64,000 nucleotides of DNA from Dehalococcoidia bacterium. GTDB taxonomy: Bacteria; Chloroflexota; Dehalococcoidia; Bin125. The notes under the pieces are model-generated. The model did not search any database. It was not told the origin of the DNA and saw only the letters and a list, made by a program, of their open reading frames with translations. The position numbers and the translations under genes were made by a program. The stretch is taken from positions 3,008,001 through 3,072,000 of the forward strand of contig OY820591.1 in assembly GCA_963555985.3 (NCBI GenBank), given 5' to 3'. This document shows, piece by piece, positions 47,939 through 57,000 of this stretch. Numbering within the stretch: the first letter of the stretch is position 1; each line of letters begins with the position of its first letter.

Positions 47939-48294
47939 CTCGTAGCTGCGCCCAGATTCAGCCCGCCACTCCCCGCCCAGACATCCTCGTTGAGGAAGAT
48001 GTTGGCGCGGATCGTGAGAGCGAGCTGGAAAAGCGCTACCACCTCTTCCTCCACGACTCTGACGACCACACCTACGAATACGTGATCGAAATGCTCGGAG
48101 CCGTCTTCGGCTACAGCAAGGAAAAAGCGTTCGCCATCGCCTCAATGATCGACGGTCACGGCCGAGGAATCGTCGAAACCGCCGACTACAACACAGTCAA
48201 GGATCACCAGGATCAGATCCACGGCTGGGGCCCCGATCCGAGGATCGCCCACTGCAAGGGGTCGCTCTCAGCGACGATCGAGGAAGCGCCGTAG
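47935..48294 (+). CDS. clpS: ClpS-family Clp protease adaptor (atypical)
   Basis: YHLFLHDSDDHTYEYVIEMLGAVFG..EKA...GRGIV...LSATIEEA. Confidence 0.78.
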   Translation: MTRSCAQIQPATPRPDILVEEDVGADRESELEKRYHLFLHDSDDHTYEYVIEMLGAVFGYSKEKAFAIASMIDGHGRGIVETADYNTVKDHQDQIHGWGPDPRIAHCKGSLSATIEEAP

Positions 48295-48329
48295 TTCCTG
48301 TACACATCGGCGGTCGCCAATCCGAGACT

Positions 48330-48428
48330 CCGTCATTGCCGCGCTCCGCCGCGGCAATCTCGCTGCGTTCTGCACCGACGTCCGTGCTCGACTCAGCGAG
48401 ATACCCGCGGCAAGCGCGGGTATGACGG
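48330..48428. repeat. REP doublet (REPIN-like), family A
   Basis: CCGTCATTGCCGCG..CGCGGCAATCTCG spacer CGAGATACCCGCG..CGCGGGTATGACGG. Confidence 0.88.
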
Positions 48429-48505
48429 AAGAGGCGCGGGGTCAGAGGGATCCGGCCAGAGTTCGGCTACCCTCCCACCAATCCAACCCGCCAAAGGAAC
48501 CACCA

Positions 48506-49834
48506 ATGGTCCGACTCTCCGACCTCCACCCCGAAGAAGCCCAGGGTATGCGCAACGCGATCCAGCGCTTCGCGCAGTTCGACATCGGCACGACTCCCTG
48601 GCTCACTCCGCCCCCGCTGGCGGAATCCAAGATCGCGCTGGTCACGACCGCTGCACTCCACCGCCGCGACGACCGCCCCTTCCGCTTCGGCGACCACGGC
48701 TACCGCCTGATCCCCGACGACATCGACCCCGCCGAGCTCGTCCAGACTCACGTCAGCGTCAACTTCGACCGCACCCACTTCCAACGCGACCACAACGTCG
48801 TCCTGCCGCTCGATCGGCTGCATGAACTGGTCGAGCTGGGCGAAGTCGGGGTTGCCTCCGAGTGGCACTACTCGGTGCAGGGCGCAAGTCCAAACCCGGC
48901 CGCGTTCGCGCAGGCCGGCGCGGACATCGCCCGCCGCATGGTCGACTCGGGCGTCGCCAGCGCGCTGCTCGTACCGGTTTGACCGGCCTGCACGAGCGCC
49001 GTCGGCGCCCTCTCACACTTCCTCCAGCAACACGGAATCGCCACCACCGGCATCAGCCTGATCCGCGAACACACCGAGGTGTTCAAGCCGCCGCGCGCGC
49101 TCTGGGTTCCGTTCCCGCTCGGACGGCCCCTCGGCATCGCCGACGATCCCGACTTCCAGCGCGACGTGCTCCGCAGCGCACTAGGCCTCCTGGAGACTGC
49201 GACCGAGCCCACGATCGCGGACTACCCCCAGGACGCGCCCGACGGCGGCGGAGACGGTGTCTGGGCTTGCTCCATCGCCTTGCCGCAACCTGAGTTGAGC
49301 GATCTCGAATCCGCTCTACGCGCCGAGGTCGATCTGCTCACCCCCTGGTACGACGAGGCGCGCCGACGCCGAGGCCGAACCACCGTCGGCATCAGCGGCG
49401 CGACGCCCGAGCAAATCGACGACGTCGTGTCGTTCATCGTCGCCATCGCCGAGGGCTCCGGGTTCAGCGAAGTTCCCGCCGCCGCAACCGCTCCCAACTG
49501 GACCCACAAGATGCCGCTGCTGACTCGCTTTGTGGTCGAAGACCTGCGCGCCTTCTACCAGGAGGCCGTCACCTCGCAGCCCGGTTCGGGCGCGCCCTCA
49601 CAGCACGACATGCACAGCTGGATTTTCGAAGAAACCGCGCTCGGCGAAGCGATCCGGCAGGTCGGTCAGCAGATCACCGACGCAGGCGAACCGCGCCTGA
49701 TGCGGATGCGAGGCTTCATCGTCCCCGAGGGCTTCTGGAAGGGCGAGGTCTCCTGGGGCCGTCCGCCCGAAGGCGTCCACCCGATCGACTTCATTCGCAG
49801 CGCCATCCCCTATCTAGTCGGCGAAGAGGCGTGA
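48506..49834 (+). CDS. GrdB/PrdB-like selenoprotein (in-frame UGA at 48980-48982)
   Basis: KIALVTTAALH, D.NVVLPLDRLHEL, LLVPV-U-PAC, KPPRALWVPFPLGRPLG; frame continues through UGA into ORF 49079-49834. Confidence 0.85.
48994..49012 (+). promoter_or_regulatory. Candidate bacterial SECIS hairpin
   Basis: GCGCC-GUC-GGCGC stem-loop, apical G 19 nt after the UGA. Confidence 0.55.
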
Positions 49835-49843
49835 GCCCACGAT

Positions 49844-49893
49844 CCTCTCCCCCCGCAGTGCGGGGGGAGATGTCACGAAGTGACAGAGGGGGG
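49844..49893. repeat. REP-like palindrome, family B (reverse orientation)
   Basis: CTCTCCCCCCGCAGTGCGGGGGGAGATGTCACGAAGTGACAGAGGGGG. Confidence 0.85.
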
Positions 49894-49979
49894 TCCGGCA
49901 AGACACCCGATAGACCGCCGCTGCAAGCGATCGCTAGGCTCACTCCACCCCGCGCCGACCGCGCCAGCGAGAATCCGCC

Positions 49980-52160
49980 GTGCCCCAATCATCCGCGCTC
50001 GACCCCCTCCACGACGCCCTCAACCAGCACTTCGGCTTCACTGACTTCCGACCCCAACAACGCGAAGCCATCCAACACATCCGCGACGGCGGCGACGCGC
50101 TCGTGCTCATGCCCACCGGCGGCGGCAAGTCCCTCTGCTACCAGCTTCCCGCCGTCCTCTCCGACGGACTCACCGTCGTCGTCTCCCCATTAATCGCGCT
50201 GATGCAGGAGCAGGTACAGGCGCTGCGCGCCAACGATCTCCGCGCCGCCTATCTCAACAGCACGCTCACCACAACCGCCGCCGCGCAGATTGAGCAGATG
50301 GTCGCCAACGGCGACATCCAACTCCTCTACGCCGCCCCGGAGCGGGTCAACACGCCCCGCTTCACCTCATTACTCGAACGCCGCCCGCCTGCGCTCATCG
50401 CCATCGACGAGGCCCATTGCATCTCCGAGTGGGGACACGAATTTCGCCCCGACTACCGCGAACTGCGCCGCCTCACCGCTCAGTTCCCCGATGTGCCTGT
50501 CGCCGCTCTCACCGCAACCGCCACGCCTCAAGTCCAGCGCGACATCGTCGACCAGCTTGACCGCCCCCGAATGCAGCGCTTCGCCACCAGCTTCATGCGT
50601 CCCAACCTCACGCTCCGGATCGTGCCCAAGCGTGAGTCGGTTGAGCGTCTGATTGAGCGGCTGCGTGAGCTTCCGCGCGAATCCGCGATCGTCTACTGTC
50701 GCTCCCGCTCAAGCGCCGAAGACACCGCCGCCAAACTGCGCAGCGCCCGTATTCCCGCTGCCCACTACCACGCCGGCATGACCGGCGACGAGCGAGCCCG
50801 CGTCCAGGACGAGTTCAGCAGCAGCCAGACTCCGGTGATCTGCGCCACGATCGCTTTCGGCATGGGTATCGACAAGCCCGACATCCGCCTCGTCGCCCAC
50901 CTCGATATGCCCCCCTCAATGGAGGGCTACTACCAGGAGACCGGCCGTGCCGGACGCGACGGCGAGCCGTCCGAATGCCTGCTCTTCTACACCCGTGGCG
51001 TCTGGGCGCAGCAGCAGTACTTCCTCCGCCAAATCCGCGACGAACGCGAGCGCGAAGCGCGCATCCGCCGCCTGCGCCGGATGATGGACTTCTGCGAGCA
51101 GCAATCCTGCCGCTGGTCGACCATCCTCAAGTACTTCGGCGAGCAGCCGCCATCCGAGTCCTGCGGTCACTGCGACAACTGCCTGGGCGAGGAGGAGGCG
51201 CCGGCCGATGCCGCATCGCCGAGACTCGTCGATCCCGCCGACCCGCCGGGGCCGCCGGGACAGGACGCGCAGCAACCGCTCAGCCCCGAAGAAGACCGGC
51301 TGTTCGAGGCGCTGCGAGCGGAGCGGTCGCGGCTGGCGAACGCGGAAGCAACCTCGGCCTACATCGTCGCCAGCAACCGGGAGTTGTCGGACATTGCGCG
51401 TCGCAAACCTCGCACGATCGCGGAACTGATCGAAATCAAGGGTATCCGTCACCGCAAGGCGGCCCGGTTCGGCCAGCAGCTGCTCGACGTGGTCGCGCAA
51501 CACTCGCAAGAAGCGGCCGACACCTTGGAGGAGACAGCGGACGAGACAGCCGGAGAGATGCAATTGACGCTCGACACGCCGCCCGAAGCCTGGCAGCAGC
51601 GCTTCAACGCCCTCGCCGCCTGGCGCAGCCTGACCAGCGACAACGAACAGTGCGATCCCTCCGACCTCCTCAGCTTCCCCGCCATGCGGGAAGTCGCCGA
51701 GCACACGCCCTCCTCAATCGAAGCGTTGTCGGCGGTGGACGGCGTCGGCGTACTTGCCATTGAGCGCTACGCCGAGGAACTCGCGCTCATCCTCGGCATC
51801 CAGCCCAAGCCCTCGGAACCGCCGCCGCCAACCTCCCGAACCTCAGATGCCGCCCCAAGCTGGCAAGTCAGCGCCGACCTCTACCAGGACGGCCACACCA
51901 TCCTCGCCATCGCCGAGCGCCGGATGCTCTCCCCGGGAACGGTGGCGTCGCACCTGACTACCGCCCTGCGCAATGGACTCGACATCGACCTCAATCCGGC
52001 GCTCCCCTCAACGAAACAGATCCAGGCCGTGCGCCGCGAACTGGGCCGAGACCCCGACGCCAGCATCGCCGACCTGCAAGAGCGCCTCGACCACCGCCTG
52101 TCGCATCCCGAGATCAGGCTCGTCCTGGCTCATCTGCACCCGCCGATGCTAAGTGACTAG
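49980..52160 (+). CDS. recQ: RecQ-family DNA helicase with two HRDC domains and C-terminal HTH
   Basis: MPTGGGKSLCYQLP, DEAHCISEWGHEFRP, ATIAFGMGIDKPD, QETGRAGRDG, CGHCDNC. Confidence 0.95.
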   Translation: MPQSSALDPLHDALNQHFGFTDFRPQQREAIQHIRDGGDALVLMPTGGGKSLCYQLPAVLSDGLTVVVSPLIALMQEQVQALRANDLRAAYLNSTLTTTAAAQIEQMVANGDIQLLYAAPERVNTPRFTSLLERRPPALIAIDEAHCISEWGHEFRPDYRELRRLTAQFPDVPVAALTATATPQVQRDIVDQLDRPRMQRFATSFMRPNLTLRIVPKRESVERLIERLRELPRESAIVYCRSRSSAEDTAAKLRSARIPAAHYHAGMTGDERARVQDEFSSSQTPVICATIAFGMGIDKPDIRLVAHLDMPPSMEGYYQETGRAGRDGEPSECLLFYTRGVWAQQQYFLRQIRDEREREARIRRLRRMMDFCEQQSCRWSTILKYFGEQPPSESCGHCDNCLGEEEAPADAASPRLVDPADPPGPPGQDAQQPLSPEEDRLFEALRAERSRLANAEATSAYIVASNRELSDIARRKPRTIAELIEIKGIRHRKAARFGQQLLDVVAQHSQEAADTLEETADETAGEMQLTLDTPPEAWQQRFNALAAWRSLTSDNEQCDPSDLLSFPAMREVAEHTPSSIEALSAVDGVGVLAIERYAEELALILGIQPKPSEPPPPTSRTSDAAPSWQVSADLYQDGHTILAIAERRMLSPGTVASHLTTALRNGLDIDLNPALPSTKQIQAVRRELGRDPDASIADLQERLDHRLSHPEIRLVLAHLHPPMLSD

Positions 52161-52296
52161 CTGGGGCCTACCCGCTTCGTCATTCCCGCGTAAGTGGACA
52201 CTCGCCTCGCCAACTACCGAGAAGAGATGTGCTATCATGTCGACCGAATCGTCGATGCTGTTTCTTTGGCATCGGCAGTCAGCAAGAGGATGGAAC

Positions 52297-52503
52297 ATGA
52301 TCGACCTAACCCACGCTCCACAGCGATGCGCCTGCTGCGGACACAACGAGACCATGTATCAGTTCGTTCGAGAGCAGATCGCGACCGGCGAATTGCTGAT
52401 CCCTGCCTGCCCCTCATGCCAAGGCCAGTGTGACGCCCTCTCTTTCGTTGGTGACTTGGAGGCCCTTCGGCAGCGACCCTGCCCACGTCTCCAGGCTGCC
52501 TGA
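52297..52503 (+). CDS. Small Cys-rich putative Zn-ribbon protein
   Basis: CACCGH...CPSC..C; GAGGA upstream of ATG. Confidence 0.45.
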   Translation: MIDLTHAPQRCACCGHNETMYQFVREQIATGELLIPACPSCQGQCDALSFVGDLEALRQRPCPRLQAA

Positions 52504-52668
52504 TCTCAGATCCACTTTATGGAGTTGATCTGGTGGCGTTGGTCTCATCGCTGCCGACGCACCCCTTTCCGCAGAGGCGCTAACCTCCGCTAAGGTGCTG
52601 TCGACACAGAATTGTGGGTGAAGGCAAGTTTGCCGCGGAAGCACCTACAGTCTGGAGGGTGGCCTGCG

Positions 52669-53694
52669 ATGGCACTACTGGACGTGCTTGTGAGAGTTGC
52701 GGGAGAGATTCCTAGGACCCAGCGCGAACTGGACTCTCTCAGCGAGGATGACGCGAGAGGTGAACTCATCGACCCGATTCTCGTCGAGTTAGGCTGGCGC
52801 AGCCCTAAGAAAGTGAGTCGCAGCTACCGTGCTGGAGAGCAAAAGAAAAAGAAGCCAGATTACGCACTATTGGACGACAACGGCACGCCGCTAGCGTTTA
52901 TCGAAGCGAAGGCTCCGGGACAGAAGCTGGCCAATCACGTGGAACAGTTGCGAGAGTACGCCGAACTCGAAGATGTAGATATCTGCGCCCTGACCAATGG
53001 AGTGTACTGGTGGCTATACTTGCCTCGGGAACCTGGTGACTTCGAGGAACGACGATTCGCAACCCTCGATGTTTCACTGTGGTTCGCAGCCCCCTCTGCT
53101 GACCTGGTACTAGAAGAGACTCTCGGATACGAGAGCCTCACAACAGGTGCCGCCGTTGGGAATGCGAAGAAGTTGCTCGAGGCGCGCAAGCGCGATGAAC
53201 GGCGACTCGCTGAGATTCCTCGGGCTTGGCAACGCCTCGTGAACGATTCCGGCACCAGCCTTTTTGATCTGGTTGCGGAGGAAGTGTTTCAGTCGATCGG
53301 CCAGCGGATACGACCAGCCGAGTTTCGTAGGGCTTTGCCACACCTCTTCGACGAAACTGATTCCCGCTCCCAAAGACATGTCACTGTAACGTTTTCGGAG
53401 ATCTTCGGCGCGGTAAACAACTATTGCTATTCCACGTATGAAGACAGCGTCCACGACAATCGTACCGCCCAAAGGCTCGCGAGAGACCTCGTGGTGTACC
53501 TAGCTCACAAGCACACTGGAGCGTCCTTTGTCGAGTTGGGGAAGCGAGTAAGTGTAGATGGCCACGAAAACGTGCAACAGAGAATCCGTCGTGTCGACGA
53601 GCAGATCAACTCGACCCATGACGGGGGCATAAGAGCAAGAACGATTCGCCGGTGGCATCGAATGATCTGTGAGCGACTTCAACTCGACCCTTGA
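52669..53694 (+). CDS. HsdR N-terminal-type PD-(D/E)xK nuclease fused to DnaA domain IV-like HTH
   Basis: SEDDAR..LIDPILVELGW, PDYAL..FIEAK, QL.EY, LTNG..W; C-terminal EI..AV..Y..ED..RT..LAR..YLA..T..S..ELGK..H..V. Confidence 0.8.
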   Translation: MALLDVLVRVAGEIPRTQRELDSLSEDDARGELIDPILVELGWRSPKKVSRSYRAGEQKKKKPDYALLDDNGTPLAFIEAKAPGQKLANHVEQLREYAELEDVDICALTNGVYWWLYLPREPGDFEERRFATLDVSLWFAAPSADLVLEETLGYESLTTGAAVGNAKKLLEARKRDERRLAEIPRAWQRLVNDSGTSLFDLVAEEVFQSIGQRIRPAEFRRALPHLFDETDSRSQRHVTVTFSEIFGAVNNYCYSTYEDSVHDNRTAQRLARDLVVYLAHKHTGASFVELGKRVSVDGHENVQQRIRRVDEQINSTHDGGIRARTIRRWHRMICERLQLDP

Positions 53695-53771
53695 GTCGGA
53701 TTCGACAAGAAGTCTTTCGAACGAATGTCAGCGGAATGGAAGCCGCTCACTGTAATGGCAGCTTCCTTGAG

Positions 53772-54014
53772 CTAGCGGCGACGATAGCCCCTATGGCGCC
53801 CCGGTCTCCGTCGCTGCTCCTCGGCTTGTCGGTCGAGCAGAGCCATAGCCTGTTTCGTCCGTGATCGAATCTCCGCTGCGGAGAATGCAGAATCGCAATA
53901 GGGACAAGCGATGGTGTCCTTGCCCTCCACATCACGGGTGAGTTCGACAAAGACTGCCCTGCACTGAGGGCACCAAAACGACTCCTTCTGTCCGACACCG
54001 ACTGTTCTTGCCAT
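53772..54014 (-). CDS. Small Zn-ribbon protein with basic tail
   Basis: CPQC...CPYC; AGGAG RBS; just downstream of lhr. Confidence 0.7.
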   Translation of the reverse strand: MARTVGVGQKESFWCPQCRAVFVELTRDVEGKDTIACPYCDSAFSAAEIRSRTKQAMALLDRQAEEQRRRPGRHRGYRRR

Positions 54015-54060
54015 GATGGTCTCCTGAGATACATCTGCGACCGCCTGAGGCGACAGACCG

Positions 54061-57000
54061 CTAGTCCGCCGCCACAGACCCCGACAACGCCTCCGACTCC
54101 TCCACTGCCCCATCCACCAGCGTCACCGTCCCGCCCAGACGCGAGGGCACCTTCGCGCCCGGCAACAAGATCCCCACCAGGTTGCACGGATCCGCCGCCG
54201 CGATCACCACACGCTCGCCGTCCAGCGCTTTGCGCCGCACCGCCCGCAACTGATCGAGCGCTTGCGGCAACGCAAACTGTTCCCCGATCAGACCCTGAAT
54301 GAAGCGACCGCCCCGAATCTCACCACGCGCCTCCAGGCGGCGCAGCGCACGCAGAATCTCCCGCCAGGCGAGAGTCAGACTCTCCCGCGTCGCCAACTCG
54401 CGCGAGATCACCCCGTAGCGCCGCAGCAGGAGCACAGCCATCCGCTCGGCCAACTCATCCGCCTCTTCCACATCCACCGGCGGCGGCGCAACCGGCGACA
54501 ACGCCGCCCAGCGACCGGCCGGACCTTCCCCGATGAACACCCCGCCCCCGCCATAACGCGGACGCCGCCGCCGACCGTTACGAGCCGGACGAATCAGTTG
54601 CCGCAAGCCCTGGAATCCGTCCGCATGAGCCAACCCCGACGCGACCAACTCGCGCAGCCCGTTCTCCACATCCGTCGCGATCCGTCGCGTGCCGTCCACC
54701 AATTCATCGAAGAACAGCGCCCCGCGCTCGTTCAGCATCCGCAAAATCTGGCTCGCGGCCCCGCCGTCGGCATGAACCTGCTCGGCGACATCCGGTTCAG
54801 GCGGCGGCGCAGACCGCCCCCGAGCCGCCGGCGCTGGCGCAGGACGCCGCACCGCCGCCAGCAGCGAGCGGAAATCCCGCCGCAACGCCAGTGTGATCGG
54901 CGTCGACTTGGTCGGCGCGCGCCGCGCCGCCCGAGGCGTCAACCGCGCCCACGCGATCTCCCCCGCCAAACACAGTTCGTCCAACCACGCCTCCCGATAG
55001 TCCGCCACGCGCGGAGCCAGCAGATCCCGCTCCCAGGCAGCCGCCGGCGCCTCAAACCCCTGCAACTGCTCGATCACCGCCCGTACCCCCGCCTTGCCCG
55101 TCAACCGCGTATCCGGTGTCAGCCGCTGCCAGCGCAGCAGGAAGCGCAGGTACTGCTGCACCGTGACCGGCTCGATCTCCGCTCGCAACCGAGCGATCGT
55201 GTAGCGGTGAATCCGCGCCAGCAGCCGCCGGTCGCAATACTCTTCCTCGCTCTCGTCCAGGAACTCCGGCGGGCTAAACCGTCCCCGCATGACCTCGCCA
55301 TATGCCTCAAGCTGTTGCAGCGCATAACCCACATCCCGCGCCGACAACCCGCACCGCCGCGATAATCCAGCCGCTGTAATCGGCCCCACCACCTCCATAT
55401 GACCCCGCGCCAGCCGCAGCCGCGCATCCTCCCGGTCTGCAACCTCGATCAACGCCGCTTCAGGCACCTCCAACGCCGGCTCGATCACCGCTTCCGGCAA
55501 CAGCAACTGAATCGCCGACAGGTGCTCAGCCGCAAACCAGACCGCCCCGTCCTCTGTCCGCGCCAGCGCCGCCCGACCCTCCGCAACCAACGCTTCCGCC
55601 AACGAGCGCACATGCGACAGGTTCCGCTCTCCCAACGCCACCAGCGAGATCAGCAACTCATGCAGCTCGTCCGCATCACGAACCGGCGGCAACGCCTCCT
55701 CCCGCACCCGATCAATCGCGTCCGGATCCAGCCGACCCAGATCCCGCTGCTGTTCCGGCAGCGTCCGCCGCGTCATCACCGCCCGCGCCCGCCGCTCCTC
55801 CAACGGAGCATCGTCGAGAAACCCGAACGGGTTCACGTTGATAATGCTCTGAGCCATCGGCGAGGGCGTCACCGTATCCCGAGCGTGCAGCCGAATTTCG
55901 CCGCGCTCGATCCGCTCCAGCACTCCCACTAGCGCATCGGTATCGACCGCCTCATGCAGACAGTCATCCATCGTTTGCGCGATCAGCGGATGATCGGGCA
56001 CTTCCAACGGGCCGGCCAGATTCTCCTGACACCCCACCTGAGCCGGGAACACCGCCGCCAGCAAATCGTCCGCGATCATCCGCTGCAAATTCGGCGGTAC
56101 TTCCTTCCCTCCGCGACGCCGAGGCACCGCCAGCGCCCGCGTCGCCGCCCAGCGCCAGCGCGTATTCCAGAACGGCGCGTACAACACCGCCTGCCGCAGC
56201 GACTGCTCCGCGTTCTCCGCCGACAGATAGCCAAACGCCTCCTCCAGCGGGAACGACTGCGACGGTCCCAGCGAGAGGATGATCCCCTCCTCGTTCGCCG
56301 CCGCCTGCAACTCGAAGTCGAAGCGCACGCAGAAGCGCTTACGCAGCGCCAGCCCCCAGGCCCGGTTCACGCCCGAGCCGAACGGCGCATGAACCACCAA
56401 CTGCTGACCGCCCGCCTCATCGAAAAACCGCTCAAACACCACATCGGTATCCGAGGGCATCACCTGCAACGCATCCTGCGCCGAACCCAGGTACTCGATC
56501 ATCTGCTCCGCTGCGACCGAGTTCATCCCGCACTCGCGCTGCAACCGCGCCGAAGTCGATTCCGCATCGTCAATCGTCTCCGTCACATCCCGCCGCAGAC
56601 AACCCACCTCACGCGACAACTCAACGCTCCGTCCGGGCGCTTCGCCCAGCCAGAACGGAATCGTCGGCGGCAACCCCTGCGCGTCCTCCACTCGCACCAC
56701 GCCCTTGCTCTCGACCCGCCGGATCCGCCACGAAGTGCTGCCCAACAGAAAAATATCCCCCGCCTGCGACTCAATCGCAAAGTCCTCGTTCACCGTCCCG
56801 ATGAACGCACCCTCCGGCTCCTTCACCACCCGAAAATCGCCGGTCTCCGGGATCGTCCCCCCGTTCACGATCGCCGTCAGCCGCGATCCGCGCCGCGCCC
56901 GCACCATCCCCTGGATCCGATCCCGATGCACCAGCGGCCGCGAACGCCCCCCGCCTTCGCCCACGCCGGTCGCCAGCATCTCTACGGTTTCGTCAAACGT

